A stretch of DNA of 64,000 nucleotides from Hormiphora californensis (Eukaryota; Animalia; Ctenophora), in the NCBI GenBank assembly GCA_020137815.1, contig CM035350.1, positions 8,866,001 through 8,930,000 on the forward strand, read 5' to 3'. Below the pieces are notes generated by a model. The model saw only the letters and a program-made list of their open reading frames with translations. It had not been told where the DNA came from and did no database searches. A program made the translations under genes and the position numbers. This document shows positions 30,670 through 47,304 of the stretch, piece by piece; within the stretch, counting starts at the first letter, position 1, and every line of letters starts with the position of its first letter.

Positions 30670-33600
30670 CAGGGTGTGAACTGCATGTCGTGTTTGCTAG
30701 TCGCGAGCGCGCTTGCGAGACAAGCAAACACGTCAAGGTTCATTAACAAGCATGCTGCTCAGTCATTTTAGATTTAATACACAATGTAAGGATACCATGT
30801 AATAGGTGAGACTCTTGCCGTCACCCTCGTTCAAGTCCCGTGAAAAACGGAGCAGTACACGCAAACTGATGCCATTTTCCTCGCGTGACCCTGATTCAGC
30901 AGTTTGAGACACCAACTCTTTAGGGGGCCATATCTCAGGAACCAGACAAGATAGGAAAAATCGCCGTCTAATGAGGCGTACAGTTTTTAATCTAGTTTAC
31001 CACTGTACCGGCCGTTTCACTCTCCGACCTAAAACAAAAATCGCAACCCCACAAAACTTCAAAATAATGAAATTCGCATCTCGCATGTCGTGTTGCATGT
31101 CGTGTCATGTTATTGACGCGCTCGCGTTCAACTCTCACACAGCAGCTGCAGAACGTGGCGGGAAACATCGAGGAGTAGAGAGAGGGTCGGTGCCGAATCA
31201 AATATTTCTTGATCTTGATCTACTCCATCTCTCAGCTTACCTACCTCCCATTTACTCCATATCTCAGCTTCCCTACCTGCCATTTACTCCATCTCTCAGA
31301 TACCCTACCTCCCATTTACTCCATCTCTCAGCTTACCTACCTCCCATTTACTCCATCTCTCAGCTTCCCTACCTCCCATTCACTCCATCTCTCAGCTTCC
31401 CTACCTCCCTTTACTCCCCTCTCTCCTACCCCCTCCCCAATTCCCCCATCTCTCAACTAAAACCCAAAATCCATTATCCCCTCTCTCGCTCCCCACCCCC
31501 CCTTTTTACTCCATCCTCAGCTACCCTACCTCCCATTTTACTTCCTCTCTCGCTCCCCCCTCCCATTTTCTCCCCTCTCCTTCCTAAACCCCCCATTTAC
31601 CTCCCTCTCTCACTTCCCACCTCCCATTTACTCCTCTCTCAGCTCCCCACCTCCCATTTACTCCCTTTCTCCTTCCCCACCCCCCCATTTAAATCCCTCT
31701 CTCACTCCCTACCTCCCATTTACTCCTCTTCTCATTCCCCCCCCCCCCTTTAACCCTCTCCTCCTACCCACCTCCCCTTTACTCCATCGCTCGCTTCCCC
31801 ACCTCCCATTTACTCCATCTTTTAGCTCCTTCCTTTTATTTTCCCATCTTCACCCTACCTCCCTTTCTCCATCTCCACTAAACCCCCTCCCATTTACTCC
31901 ATCCTCAGCCCTACCTCCCATTTACTCCATACTCGCTCCTTACCTCCCATTTTACTCCATCCTCCTTACCTACCTCCCTTTACTCCTCTCTCTCATTTAT
32001 CCAACTTCCACCCTGAAGATGGGGTAATGGGGTAGGGAATGAGAGATGAAGTAAAGGAGGTAAAAGCTGAGATGGGTAAATGGGAGGGAGGGGAAGCTGA
32101 GAGATGGGTAAAAGGGAGGGAGGAAAACTGAGAGATGGATAAAAAGGGAGGTAAGGGGCTGAGATTGGAGTAAATGGGGGTAGGGGAGCTGGAGATGGAT
32201 AAATGGGAGCTAGGGTACTGGAATGGGTAAATGGAGGTAGGGAATCTGAAGGGTGGGAAAAAGGGAGGGAGGGGAAACGAAAATTTGGGTAAATAGAAGG
32301 TAAGGTAGCTGAGAGATGGAGTAAATGGGGGTTTGGCGCTGAGGGGATGGATAAAGGGGAGGTAGGGTACTGAGAGATGGAAAAAGGGGGAGGTGGGAAG
32401 CTGAGAGATGGAGTAAATGGGGGGTAGGGTAGCTGAAGAGGGGAGTAAATGAGAGGGGGGGAAAGCTGAAAATTTGGAGAAAAGGGAGGGGGGGGTAGCT
32501 GGGGAAGGGAGAAAAAAATTGGGAGGTAGGGAAGCTGGGTGGAGTAAATGGGGGTGGGAAGGTAAGCAGGGAGTAAAGGGGGAAAGGTAGGGAAGCTGTG
32601 GGGAGGGGAAAAATGGGGGGAAAGGGAAGCTGAAGATAAAGTAATGGGAGGTGGGGGTACTGAAGATGAGAAAATGGGGGGTAGGGAAAGCTGAGAATGG
32701 GAAAATGGGAGGTGGGGAAAACGGGGATGGAGAAAATGGGGGGTAGGAAGCTGAAAGAGGAGTAAATGGGGGGTTGGGAAACTGGGAAGGCTGGAAAAGG
32801 GAGAAAATGGGGTGGGGAAAGTTGGGGAATGGAGTAAATGGGGGTGGGGTTGGGCTGAGGAGGGGTTGGGGAAGGAAAGGATGGAGAAAATTGGGGGGAA
32901 AGGTAGCTAAATTTTGGGAAAGTAAATGGGGGGTTAGGGTAGCTGAAGATGGAGTAAAGGGGAGCTAGGGTGCTAAAAGAGATGGATAAAGGGGAAAGGT
33001 GGGGAATCTGAGGAGGGAGAAAATGGGGGGTGGGGAAAATCTGAAGAGGGGAGAAATAAAAGGGAAAGGTAGCTGGGGAGGAGTTAGGGGAAGGTGGGAA
33101 AAGCTGGGGGCGATGGGAAAATGGGGGTAGGGTTTTGGGAAGATGGAAAAATGGGGGTTAGGGGGAACCCTGAGAGATGGGTAAAGGGAGGTGGGTAGCT
33201 GAGAGAGGGGTTTAAATTTGAATTAGGGCTAGAAATGGAGAAAATGGGAGGTAGGGTACTGAGAGAGGGAGTAAAGGGGAGGTGGGGAAAGCTGAAGGGG
33301 AGTAAATGGGAGGTGGGAAAAGGTGGGCGATGGATAAAGGGGAGGGGGGAAACTGAGAAAATGGGTAAAGGGGAAGGAAAGGGAACTGAGGGGATGAAAA
33401 AATGGGAGGTGGGGTTAGCTAGAAGGGAGTAAATGGGAGGTAGGGAAGTGAGAGAGGAGAAAAAGGGGAAGGTGGGGAATTTTGGGGGAGGGATTTAAAT
33501 GGGAGGTAGGGAAGCGAAATGGGAAAATGGGAGGTGGGGAAACCCGGGGAAGCTGAGAGATGGAGAAAAGGGAGGTGGGGTTATTTAGAGATGGAGTGAA

Positions 33601-34925
33601 TGGGGGTAGGGTAGCTAAAGAGAGGGATAAATGGGGGGCAAGGGGGAGTAAATGGTTTTTGGGGAACCTGGGGGATGGAGTAATGGGAGGAAAGGAAAGC
33701 TGAGAGATGGATTAAATGGGGGGTAGGGTAGCTGAAGAGGGATTTAAGGGGAAAGGTAGGGTGCTGAAGTTTGGAGAAAAAGGGGGGAGGTGGGGAAGCT
33801 GAATTTGGTGAAATGGGAGGTAGGAACCCGGGAGGAGGGAAAATAAATGGGATAGGTAAGCGGGAAGATGGGGGAAAGGGCAGGTAGGGTATCTGAGGAT
33901 GGAAAAATTTGGAGGTTGGGAACTGAGATAGGGGAAAAAAGGGGAGGTGGGTAACTGAAGTGGAGAAAATGGGAGGTAGGGAAGCTGAGGAGGGAGAAAA
34001 TGGGGGGTAGGGTTTACTGAGAGATGGAGTAGATGAGGGTAGGGAAAGCGGGGAGAGGACTAGTTTAAAGGGGTGGGGTACTAAAAGATGGGTTGATGGG
34101 GCTAAAAGCATGAGATGGAAACGATTTTTGGTGGGGATTCCCTCCCCCCTAATCTTTTTTCCATCTCTATTTTTCCCCAAATAGGGAAGTTTGAAGATTG
34201 AGTGTTTAGGATAGGGAGCTGAGAGATGGCCTAGTTTAAGGGGTGGGAAACGGGAAAGATGGAAAAATTTGAGGGGTGGGTACCCTGAAAATGGGTAATG
34301 GGGGGTTAGGGTAGCTGAAGTCGATTTTGATGGGGGGGTGGGTTACCTGAGAGATGGGTAGATAAAGATCAAGAAATTTTGATTGGGAAAACCGACCCTC
34401 TCTCTATTTCCCCCGTGTTTCCCCCCACTTTCTCAGCTGCTGTTGAGAGTTTAACGCAGCGCTTAAATAAATGACACGACATGCAACAACCATCGAATGC
34501 GAATTTCATTTTTTTGAATTTTTGGGGGGTTTGCGATTTTTGTTTTTGGTCGGAGGGAAACGGCCGGTACAGGGGTTTAAAAAAATTTTAAAAAAATTTT
34601 AAACGCCCATTAACGGCGTTTTTTTCCTATCTTTTCGGGTTTTCCTGGTTTGGGCCCCCTAAAGATTTGTTTCTAAAACTGCTGAATCGGGGTCACGCGG
34701 GGAAAAATGGGCATCAGTTTGCGTGTCCCTTTTCCGTTTTTCAGGGGCTTAAACAAGGGTGCCCGGAAAGAGTCCCACCAAATTTCATGGTATCCTTACT
34801 TTTTGGGGTTTTAAAAATCTAAAATGACTGACCGCATTTTGGGTTAAAATGAACCTTGACTTTTTTTTGTTTTGTTCGCAAGCGCGCTGCGCCTAGCAAA
34901 ACAGCCCTTTGCAGTTCAAAACCCC
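30670..34925. mobile_element. Second foldback element: ~550-bp inverted arms around inverted 32-bp satellite arrays
   Basis: 30670-31222 reverse-complements ~34350-34925 (degraded); unit CTCCATCTCTCAGCTTACCTACCTCCCATTTA forward 31223-32010, inverted ~32015-34360. Right half is low quality; TSD not resolvable. Confidence 0.78.
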
Positions 34926-35029
34926 TATTAAAACCACTCTATACCCTCCACAAAATATCAAGAGATGAAAGTTTTTTGTATGACACCCCAAAATTTTTTT
35001 TGGTCTTTTGGAAACCTAGAAGTGGATTC

Positions 35030-36139
35030 CCCGGACATCGGAAAAAAAAAGGGCCCCCCCCCCCCTAAAACCAAACCCATATTTTTGCCAAATGTGGTGG
35101 AGAGCTGTAACTTGGCAAAGGGGTTTCTCCAAAATGTCCCATCTTGATCCTGAAAAGAAAAATTTAGAGCTCTAGCTCAAAATTCTTTTCATGAAAAGGA
35201 AAAAACCCTTTTCCGTTCCTTCGATTTAGACCCCCCCATCATTCAAATTTTTTGGGCCCTTTTTTGGGTAACATTATATTTGTAATGAGACCAATTTTGA
35301 GCATAATCTGGGTTACCCGGGGAGAGACCCGTGGAGGTTTTTCCCCACCGTCCCCTCCACATGTGTCCGGGGCCCCTTTACGGGTGAAAAATGGGGTTTT
35401 GGGTCTGGTTTTAAAATGTCCAATAAGGGTTATTTCTCCCCATATCCCTTGAATTTTTTCCCTCCACAAAGCTCTCAAGGGCCCCTTTTTGAGCTGATTG
35501 GGTTGGGTTTTTGTCACCCTTCTTGTCAAAATTCTCAAGGGGGGGGGGGCCCGTGATACGAGAAACATTTTATCAAGGGGGGGCCATCTTGTGTCACTAA
35601 AAACGCCTATCACTCACCTTAAAAAAACTACCAAAAGGGGTCTTGGGGTTTTTTAAAAATTTCAAATGTTCAAACCAAAAACTTCCCCAATCGTTTACCA
35701 TTTGGAAAAGCATTTTAAACACCCGAACGAGGAACTTCATCTGGTCCAAAAAGGGAAAACCCAAAAAACCCCCAACTAAACCCCCCCCATCCCCCCCAAA
35801 AAGGAGGAGGGCCCTGGGGGCACATGTCAGAGTGACGGTCCCAAAACCCCCCCACTTTTTTGGTTTTCCCCCTGGTAAACAGTTATGCCAAATTGGTTCC
35901 CCATTACAAAGTAATCGTTAGCCAAAACGGGCCCCAAAAAATTTTGAATTGGGGGGTCCCCAAAAATTTTAAGGAACGGAGAAGTTCATTCCGTTCATGA
36001 AAATGAATTTTGAGCTAGAGCTCTGATTTTTCTGTCAGGATCAAAATAGACATAGTGGGGCAACCCTGCCAAGTTACAGCTCTCCACCACATCGGCAACT
36101 ATGGTGGTCTAGGGGGGGCCTTTTTTTTGCCGCACACGG
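35030..36139. mobile_element. Non-autonomous DNA transposon with ~200-bp TIRs (low-quality interior)
   Basis: TGTGGTGGAGAGCTGTAACTTGGCA..AGAGCTCTAGCTCAAAATTC (35090-35190) mirrors GAATTTTGAGCTAGAGCTCT..TGCCAAGTTACAGCTCTCCACCACA (36005-36091); right end ..CACACGG|TA. Confidence 0.75.
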
Positions 36140-36394
36140 TACTTGGTTGATCCTCTATTAGAGACTCTAACTTAGAGTTGGGTAGAGATATATCTCAATA
36201 ATAAAGGGCAGGAACCTTCAAATGTAGTGAGATCTCTCCAATGAGTAGTGATGTGTGTTATAAACTTTGAAATGTGATTATTAATAGCCTTTTTGATCTA
36301 CAAAATGTGACGTGTTTTGCAATTGTTTCAAATGTTTGTTTTCGGTTTCTCTCCTTCCCTCACAACCTGTAACTTGACCATGTGTTTCCGACAG

Positions 36395-39488
<3,094 letters not shown>

Positions 39489-40562
39489 CTGTAGAGATGA
39501 CAACAGGATCAGAGGTATGTGTAGAAAAGGTAAGGTGATACACCTCCAATAGAGAGAGAGAGAAATCTGGCTGAGAGAAGCCTATCTTACAGAGAGAATT
39601 AGAGGAGCTAGATCATCTTTGAGGGGTACTATTATTTTGGGTTCCTAAAACGTGTCATACAACAAACTAACTAACAATAGTGATCTTTCTAATTTTAGAG
39701 CGTGGCTAGAGCGTGGCTATGGGTGATGTTTCCAATATTAGAGGATTATTCCAGGCTATTTTCTTTCCTACATCGTATAATTTTGATAATATCTTGTGGT
39801 TGAACACAAGCAAATAAGGTCCTCAGTTATATGTACTTATTACGGGTTTTTTCCTATTCGTCATCTTGGAATTGATGAGTCCTGTTTCTATTGAGCCTCC
39901 ACCTAAATCAAATAGTTCGGGTTTATAACTGGAAATGTGACTGTCCTCCATCCTGTTTTATTACCAGGTTTCGCACTTTCCAGATTCCATTATTCATGCC
40001 CAATTTTCAGTCTACTTACTACTGAGGCTTATTTCATCAGTCATCTGTCCGGTCGTAGCTAATTTCCTGACATATTCCTGACTCTTTTTATACTGAAGTT
40101 CCTTTCAACCTGTATTCGGTGTTTTCCCACTTTTATCAAGTTTTTATCTGGTTCCGGCTGATTTTGTTGTTCCTAATTGTACGTTTCATAATACAAACTG
40201 TTTCCTTCTTGCAATGATTTATCATTCCAGCTTTATCATTATACCGTATACTATCATATCTTTATTACCGCTAACGCATTACCGTTACAGATTATCAACT
40301 TTTCTTCGCTTTACTCACACAGCAGCTACCACAGAAGCAACGAATCTTATCTACTGAAAAACGTGGCAGTGGCGAGAGAGGAAGGACAGTGAAATATATT
40401 TTTATGTGGGAAAGGATGGTTTAGCAGATTTATATTATGTTTTTAATATTCAATTTTGGAATCATATATTTATATTTGTGTTTTTTATCTCAGCTTTATA
40501 CCCCTCCAACAACGACCGCCCTAACCCCTAATATCTATATTTAACCCGTCCCCACGAGTAGA

Positions 40563-42390
40563 ATGATCTCTGATCAAGCCTTAAATGGAGCCCCACCTAC
40601 CAACGCCCCCTTGCTGCCATCAGGTCAGTATGTATCATGAGTTATTAAGAGACTCGAGAGAGGGAGGGAGGGAGGGAGGTACTGATTCTGAGCGGGAGAG
40701 AAGGAGGGCGTTATAATATCACTACACTTACTACGTGTATGTAACGCGCGAGGACTCCCTTATGTTTTGTGTGTAGAGAAATGGCGCGGGGAGTCTCGCG
40801 CGCCCTCTTTCAATAGAGAGAAATGATCTCATGCCGCACACACACACACAAATTCTATTCTGGCAAGGTGGAAGTATTCTGTATTATAGGATTGCCTGGC
40901 TAGACTGTGTTTTGGGCGCCCCGCCCCCGAATCACAAATGTAAAGGGAGGGTTAGAACATAGCAATTATAGGATACCTAGCATATTTTAGGGGGTACCAC
41001 ATCCCGTGAATTACACTGTTTCTACACGGCTTGAAATAATTCTAGCCAGATATGATTGTCGTGTATCAATCCCACTACCCCGGGTTTTGTTTCAGCGCCA
41101 AAGAGAGCCAGGACGGAGGATGCGAAGATGACATTGACAACTCCGGTTAACATGACAACTCCTGTTACCATGGCAACTCCTGTTACCATGAAAACTCCGG
41201 TTACCACGGCAACTCCTGTTACCACGGCAACTCCTGTTACCACGGCAACTCCTGTTACCATGGCAACTCCTGTTACCATGAAAACTCCGGTTACCACGGC
41301 AACTCCTGTTACCATGAAAACTCCGGTTACCACGGCAACTCCTGTTACCATGGCAACTCCTGTTACCACGGCAACTCTTGTTACCATGAAAACTCCGGTT
41401 ACCACGGCAACTCTTGTTACCATGAAAACTCCGGTTACCACGGCAACTCTTGTTACCATGAAAACTCCGGTTACCACGGCAACTCTTGTTACCATGAAAA
41501 CTCCGGTTACCATACCCGGGGACTTTTTGGAGACCACTGTTTTTGAAAGAGGTCAGTTTAACACTTATATTAGTGTCTGACTGGTCTGGGAACCCCCTGC
41601 TGCACAGAGCTTTTCTGAAACACCTTTTCGAGACGAATCTAACGCAACCGGAATTAGCTTTCTGTCTTATCGGGAAGTTTGGGCTTGAGCCCCTTCAATT
41701 TTGGTTATTTTTCGGTGCGTGAGCCAATCAGAGGCCTTTATTTCGAAATCCAGGCCTCTGATTGGCTCGGGCACCTAAAAATGACCAAAAATGAAGGGGC
41801 TCAAGCCCAAACTTCCCGATAAGATAGAAAGCTAATTCCGGTTGCGTTGGATTCGTCTCGAAAAGGTGATTCAGAAAAGCTCCGTGCCCCTAGGGGGTTT
41901 CAGACCACAGTCAGACCCTAACTTATATCTATCGAGTTACCTACAGATAAAACAAAGTGAAACAAGTTTACTTTGTTTTCCGGCTCTCGGGTTCCCGATA
42001 GAGCACTGTTAGTGGAACGCGATATATTCCTGCCTAGTTACAGATAAGATAAAATTTGATCTACCTTGCAAATTATGCAAAATATTATTGGTAATGAAAT
42101 TACCCCAGACCCCTCTCTGCGATCGCCCATGTGGGACTGCTAGCTCACATTTACAGCGTAAATGGGTGACTTCCCGTTGTCTCTGTAACCAAATGCTAAT
42201 AAAATGGTGTTTCAGATATAATTGAGATAGATCAGAAACCACCTTCTTTACGGAGAGGCCAAGTGATACATCAACACTATCCATAGCGGAGTTTTACGAC
42301 TATTTCATTTTTGGTGCCCTGCAGTGCATAGATCCCGAAGACAAGGATGAGTGTGCAACTAAACTTTACGACATATTGTGGCGATTATAG
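40563..42390 (+). CDS. Putative 3-exon protein with Thr/Pro-rich 6-aa repeats and a short helical C-terminal segment
   Basis: Exons 40563-40623, 41096-41551 (PKRART + TPVT(M/T)(A/K) repeats), 42236-42390 (..AEFYDYFIFGALQCIDPEDKDECATKLYDILWRL-stop) join in phase 1 with GT-AG sites. Confidence 0.5.
41150..41512 (+). repeat. 18-bp coding tandem repeat (~20 units)
   Basis: AACTCC(T/G)GTTACCA(T/C)G(GC/AA) units, frame preserved. Confidence 0.9.
41571..41920. mobile_element. Near-perfect 350-bp palindromic hAT-like MITE, 8-bp TSD ACTTATAT
   Basis: TAGTGTCTGACT...AGTCAGACCCTA; arms complementary to centre ATTTCGAAAT; ACTTATAT at 41563-41570 and 41921-41928. Confidence 0.92.
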
Positions 42391-42399
42391 GTAAGTAAA

Positions 42400-45280
42400 G
42401 AATCGCATTCTATTGGGCCCTTAAAACCCCCACGGCAAATTTTACCAGAAAATTTTTTACCACCCTTTTTACCAAAAACCCCCCCAACCCCGGGGGTTTT
42501 GGGGAAAAACCTGTTTTTAAAAAAAAAATGAAAAACCCCCTTTTTTACCCGGGTTTAAACCCCCCCCTCCCCAAAAGGGGTTTTTTTTAAAAATTTTGAA
42601 AATCTAAGAACCAAAAACTTTTTGTTTTTTCGGGAAAAGGGGGGAAACCCTTAATTTGGGTTTTTTTTTTGGGGGGGGGGGGCCCCAAAGAGGGCCTTTT
42701 TTTTTCGAAAAAAATTTGATTCTTGGGGATAAAAAAAAAAAAACCAACCCCCTTTTCCCGGGGAAATAAAAAAACCCCCCCCCTTTTTTTTTGAAAAAGG
42801 GGGTTAAAAAAGTCCCCCCCCAGGGGGGTTTTTGAAAATGGGGCCCTAAATTTAAACACGAACCTAAGGGGAAAAAAAAATGAACCCCGGGTTTTTTTGT
42901 TTTGGTGGGTTCCCATGGTAGGGAACCGAAATTTTGCTTCAATGATTAAAAGTTTTAAAGCAAATTTGAAAAATTTAAAAAAAAATTACCCCGGCCCCCC
43001 CTGGATGCCCTTTGGGGGGCGAGTCCCTTTAAAAAGGGGGGTCCCCTTGGGCCCCGAAAAAAACTAAAAAAGGGTTTAAATAATTAATAGATCGAAACCA
43101 CCCTTCTTTAAAAAATAAAAAAATTAAAACCGGGGGTTTTTTTTCCCATTTTTGGTTTCCCCGTCCTTTTATCCCCAAAAAAAATTTTTTTTCAAATTTT
43201 TAATTTTCGTTTTTAAATTTTTTTTATTTCCTTTTCCCCCGTTGGTTTTTTCCATTTTAAAGGGCCCCGCTACACCCCGGGGGTTTTTTAAAAAACAATA
43301 AAATTCAGCAGGGGTCGCCGGCCCCATTTTTAAAAAATTTTGGTTACCAATTCTAATTCAAACTGTAAAAGGAGGGGGACTGAAAACCCAGACAAATTTA
43401 GGTTTAATTGCTCACTGGGAGCCCAAAGCAATGGAAAACTTTTTGGTTTACCCCCCTTTCTTTAATTTGGGAAGGCCTTTTAAAAAACAGGGGGAAACAA
43501 CCCAAATCTTAATTTGGCCTCCAAAAAAAATAGAAAGGGGGGGGAAAAATTCAAAAATGAGAATAAAAACCGGCCCCCTTTTTAAAGTTATCTTTTCCAA
43601 ATTTTTTTCTTCCCCCCTTTTTTTTTAAAAAAAACCCTTTTTTTTTTTTTCTTTCCATTTTATTTTCCCTTTTCCCCTTTTTTTTTCCCTTTTCCTTTCC
43701 CCCTTTTCTCCTTTATTTTGTTTTACGGGTTTAAAAACCACCCAAATTGTATTGTTTTAAACACAGTTATTCTTCGCAAAACCCCCCCGGCCCCCCTACT
43801 CTCTTTTTTGTTCTTTTAAATCCTTTCCCTTTTTTTTTACTTTTTTACCTGATTTCCCTTTTTTGTTCAAATTTGGAAAAAACCCAAAATGAAAAACCGT
43901 GTTTAAAATTCCTTTTCCCCGTGAACCCCCCAAAAGAAACCCCCGGGGGCCCGGATGAAGTTTTAAAAGGGGGGGGGAGGCAAAATGGGAAATTATTAGA
44001 AAAAAGAAAAAAGAAAAAATTTTTTTGGGAGGGCATCCCAAAAAAAAAGGAATTCGGTTTTTTGGGGGGGGGCAACATTTACAAAAAAGTGGGAAAAACA
44101 AATTCCCAAAAAAAAAACCCCCCCTTTTTTTCCCTTCCCAAAAATACCCACGGTTTTTTAATTATTTTTTTTTTAAAAAAAAAATTTTTTTTTTCCAAAT
44201 AAAAATTTTTTTCCCTAAATCCCCGGCCCCAAAAATTCCGTTTTAGTGGGAACCAAATTTGGGACATAAATTTTTCCCCAACCCAAAAATTTTAAATTTG
44301 GTTTCCCGCCACCACTTTTTTTCCCCCCTCTTTTTTCACCAAATACCCGATTTTTTTCCCGATATATTTTTTTTAAAATTATGCTTTGGACCCGGGGGCA
44401 TTTTTGAAGGGCATGGGGGTTTTTGTGTTTTTGAACGACAAAAAGAAAACCCCCAAACAAATTGGGGGGAAAAATAAAAAAGAGAAAAAAAAAAAAAAAA
44501 AAAAGGAAAAAAACATAAGAGGGAAAAAAAAAAAAAAAAAAAAAAATTTTTTTAAAAAAACACCAAAAAAGGGGAAAAGGCACAAAAAAATTGGCGTGGG
44601 TTTTTGGGGTGAACCAAAGAAACAAAAAAAAAAATTCCGTGAAAAATTTCAAAAAATAACTTTTTTGCCCCAAAACCCCCCCCCAAACCCCCCCCAAAAC
44701 CCCCCCCCCCCCGCACCCCCGGGCCCCAAAACATTTTATTTTTAAAATTTTTTTTTTTTTTACAAAAACTTTTTTTAAATTATTTTTTAAAACCCCCTCT
44801 TTCCCCTTTTTCCCCTCTTCCCTCTTCTCCTCCTTCCCCCTCTCTTCTTCTTTTATCCTCTCCCCCCCTCCTTTTTTTTCCCTTTCCCCCTCCCCCCCCT
44901 CCCTTTTTTCCCTCTCTCTCTCCCCCTTTTTCCCCCCTCTTTTTGTATCCAAAGCATGGGGTTTTTGACACAGGCCCATTTTTTTGTTTCCTTTCGGACC
45001 CCTTAAAAGGGAAAACCCTAGTACCCACCCTCCTCCCCCCTCCTTTTCCTCCCTTTTTCTCCTTTTCCCCCCTCCCCCTGCGGGACAGGGCCCGACGATT
45101 CTAATTTAAGCCCAAAACCCCGGGGGGCACCTCAAAAAGTGCCATACCCCATTGTTTTGGCCCTTTTTTTTAACCCCCCCTCCCACCCCCCCAAACCGGT
45201 TTTTAAATTAATTTCCCTTTTTTTCCCGGGACAAAAATTGTCCCCTTTTTAATAGGGGAATTTAAAAGGGGGGCTTACAT
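42400..45280. other. Homopolymer-corrupted low-quality sequence
   Basis: Dense A/T/C/G runs typical of unpolished long-read consensus; ORFs are F/K/P/G-rich noise. Confidence 0.85.
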
Positions 45281-45638
45281 CACATGCACACACAGAAAGA
45301 CGAGGTTGCATGTAGAGGGGAATCGACTGGTGGGCGATGGAAGAGAGAAGGGGGAAGCAGAAGAAAACAAACTAATGTGAAGGAAGACACTGAGAATAAA
45401 AGTTAGAGAAATTTATAGAAGAGAGAGAGAGAGAGAGAGAGAAATGTGGAGAGATAGAGAGAGAGAGAGAGAGAGGAGAGAAGTGATATAGAGCTTTAGC
45501 TTTTAAACGCTACCTACACGAACAGGTCCGCAAAACAACGAAAGTGGACTTCTCACTCTCTAGAAGAAATAGGAAAGAAATGAAAGAGAGAGAGAAAGAA
45601 TAGGGCAAAGAATAATAAATAGAAGAAAACAATTAAGA

Positions 45639-45692
<54 letters not shown>

Positions 45693-45870
45693 AGAGAGCT
45701 TCGATAGATAGTTAGAGTGAGAACAAAAATAGGAAGGAGGGGAGAAACCCACTCACAGTTGATGTGAACGTGAATGTGCTTGTGTGAGTGTATAGGCCTT
45801 ATATGAAAGCTCTTATATGCAGTGTCCCCTCTCCAGTCTCCAACATGAGTGAGAGAAAGGGAATTGAGCG

Positions 45871-45945
<75 letters not shown>

Positions 45946-46338
45946 AGTGAATGATGGAGTTCTCTCTCTCTCTCTCTCTCTTGAAGAAACTATTATACCA
46001 AAGGGGGGTTGTGGTACCCCCTCAAATGCTTAACACCACCACTTTCCCTGCAGCGAGACAAGGGGACAGAGAGAAAGAAAGAAAGAGAGAGAGAGAGAGA
46101 GTGGAGCTAATTTAATGAGAACATCTATCTCTCATCTTCTTTTCTCTCTCCCTCTCTTTCTCTCTACACTTAATATGTATACATCGTTGTGTTTCTATTA
46201 TACCAAAGCTGATAACAATATAAGTGCGCCAAGAGAGCACAAGCAGAGACGGGGAAAGCGATGGCGAAGTGTAGTCAGAGAACAAGAATCGACCAGTAAA
46301 CGTCACGCATGTTTCCGTCACTCTCTCTCTCTCTCTCT

Positions 46339-46414
<76 letters not shown>

Positions 46415-46551
46415 TCTTTCTCTCTCTCATTTTCTTTCATTACTCCGCTCCCCCTTCCTTCCCTCCCCTTCGTACATTACCCATCCTCTTTCTCGTTCCC
46501 CTACTCTTTACTTTCCATGACGGGGAGAGCAAGAGTTAACTAACCCGTGGC

Positions 46552-46638
<87 letters not shown>

Positions 46639-46692
46639 TCTCAAAGTAAGATGCTGCAAACCACATCACCCAAACCAGTATAATTTCCTTAC

Positions 46693-47304
46693 CTTGCGAT
46701 GTCCTCTCATGCTGTTAACTCTCACAGTTCCACGCTTCTTTCGAGCAGCAGCCAGAGCGGTTGACGTAGGACTTGTGGGTGGTTCAGCATCTATCGAATC
46801 ATTATTATCGGGTGACACGTCATCACCCTCACCATCATCCTGATTGGCAGGTGTCGGGGTCTCTGCTGTTTCCTCATCATCACCCTCAGGTGTTGGAGTG
46901 GTTTCCTGCTGGCTGGTCCCTGCTGCTGCTGCTGCATCAGCCGCTAGATCACCCACCCTGTCTCCCACTTCTAATCGTTCAGTGGAATCCAGGATATTGC
47001 TATCAATGTCAATATCTCTGAGGTCAATCAGAGAGGCAGCAGCCGTGGCTGGCACTTCATTATCATCCATTGCAATCAATTCTGATGCTCCCTCCGAGGA
47101 TGCTAAAGGTTTTAGTTCAATGAGTGAAGAATGGGAGAGCTGGTTAGCGTCTTGTTGCTCGTCTGCTGCAGTAGCGGTGGCGGCCTGTTTTTCCTCCACT
47201 GCAGTCTGCTGTTCAGCGGTTATATTAGCTATAACGTTTGTGCTGTCGAGATGGGGAGCTTCGGAATCGCTTGACACCAGGAGTTTGCATTGCTCGCAGC
47301 CCAT
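46693..47304 (-). CDS. First coding exon of an unknown protein; MGC N-terminus, acidic low-complexity region; downstream exons not found
   Basis: Acceptor at 47330-47331, ATG 47304 (MGCEQCKLL..), open to AAG|GTAAGG donor at 46693. Confidence 0.65.

Noticed and set aside
42400-45280. K/F/P/G-rich ORFs (also 32774-35921)
   Set aside because: Homopolymer-corrupted consensus; not interpretable.
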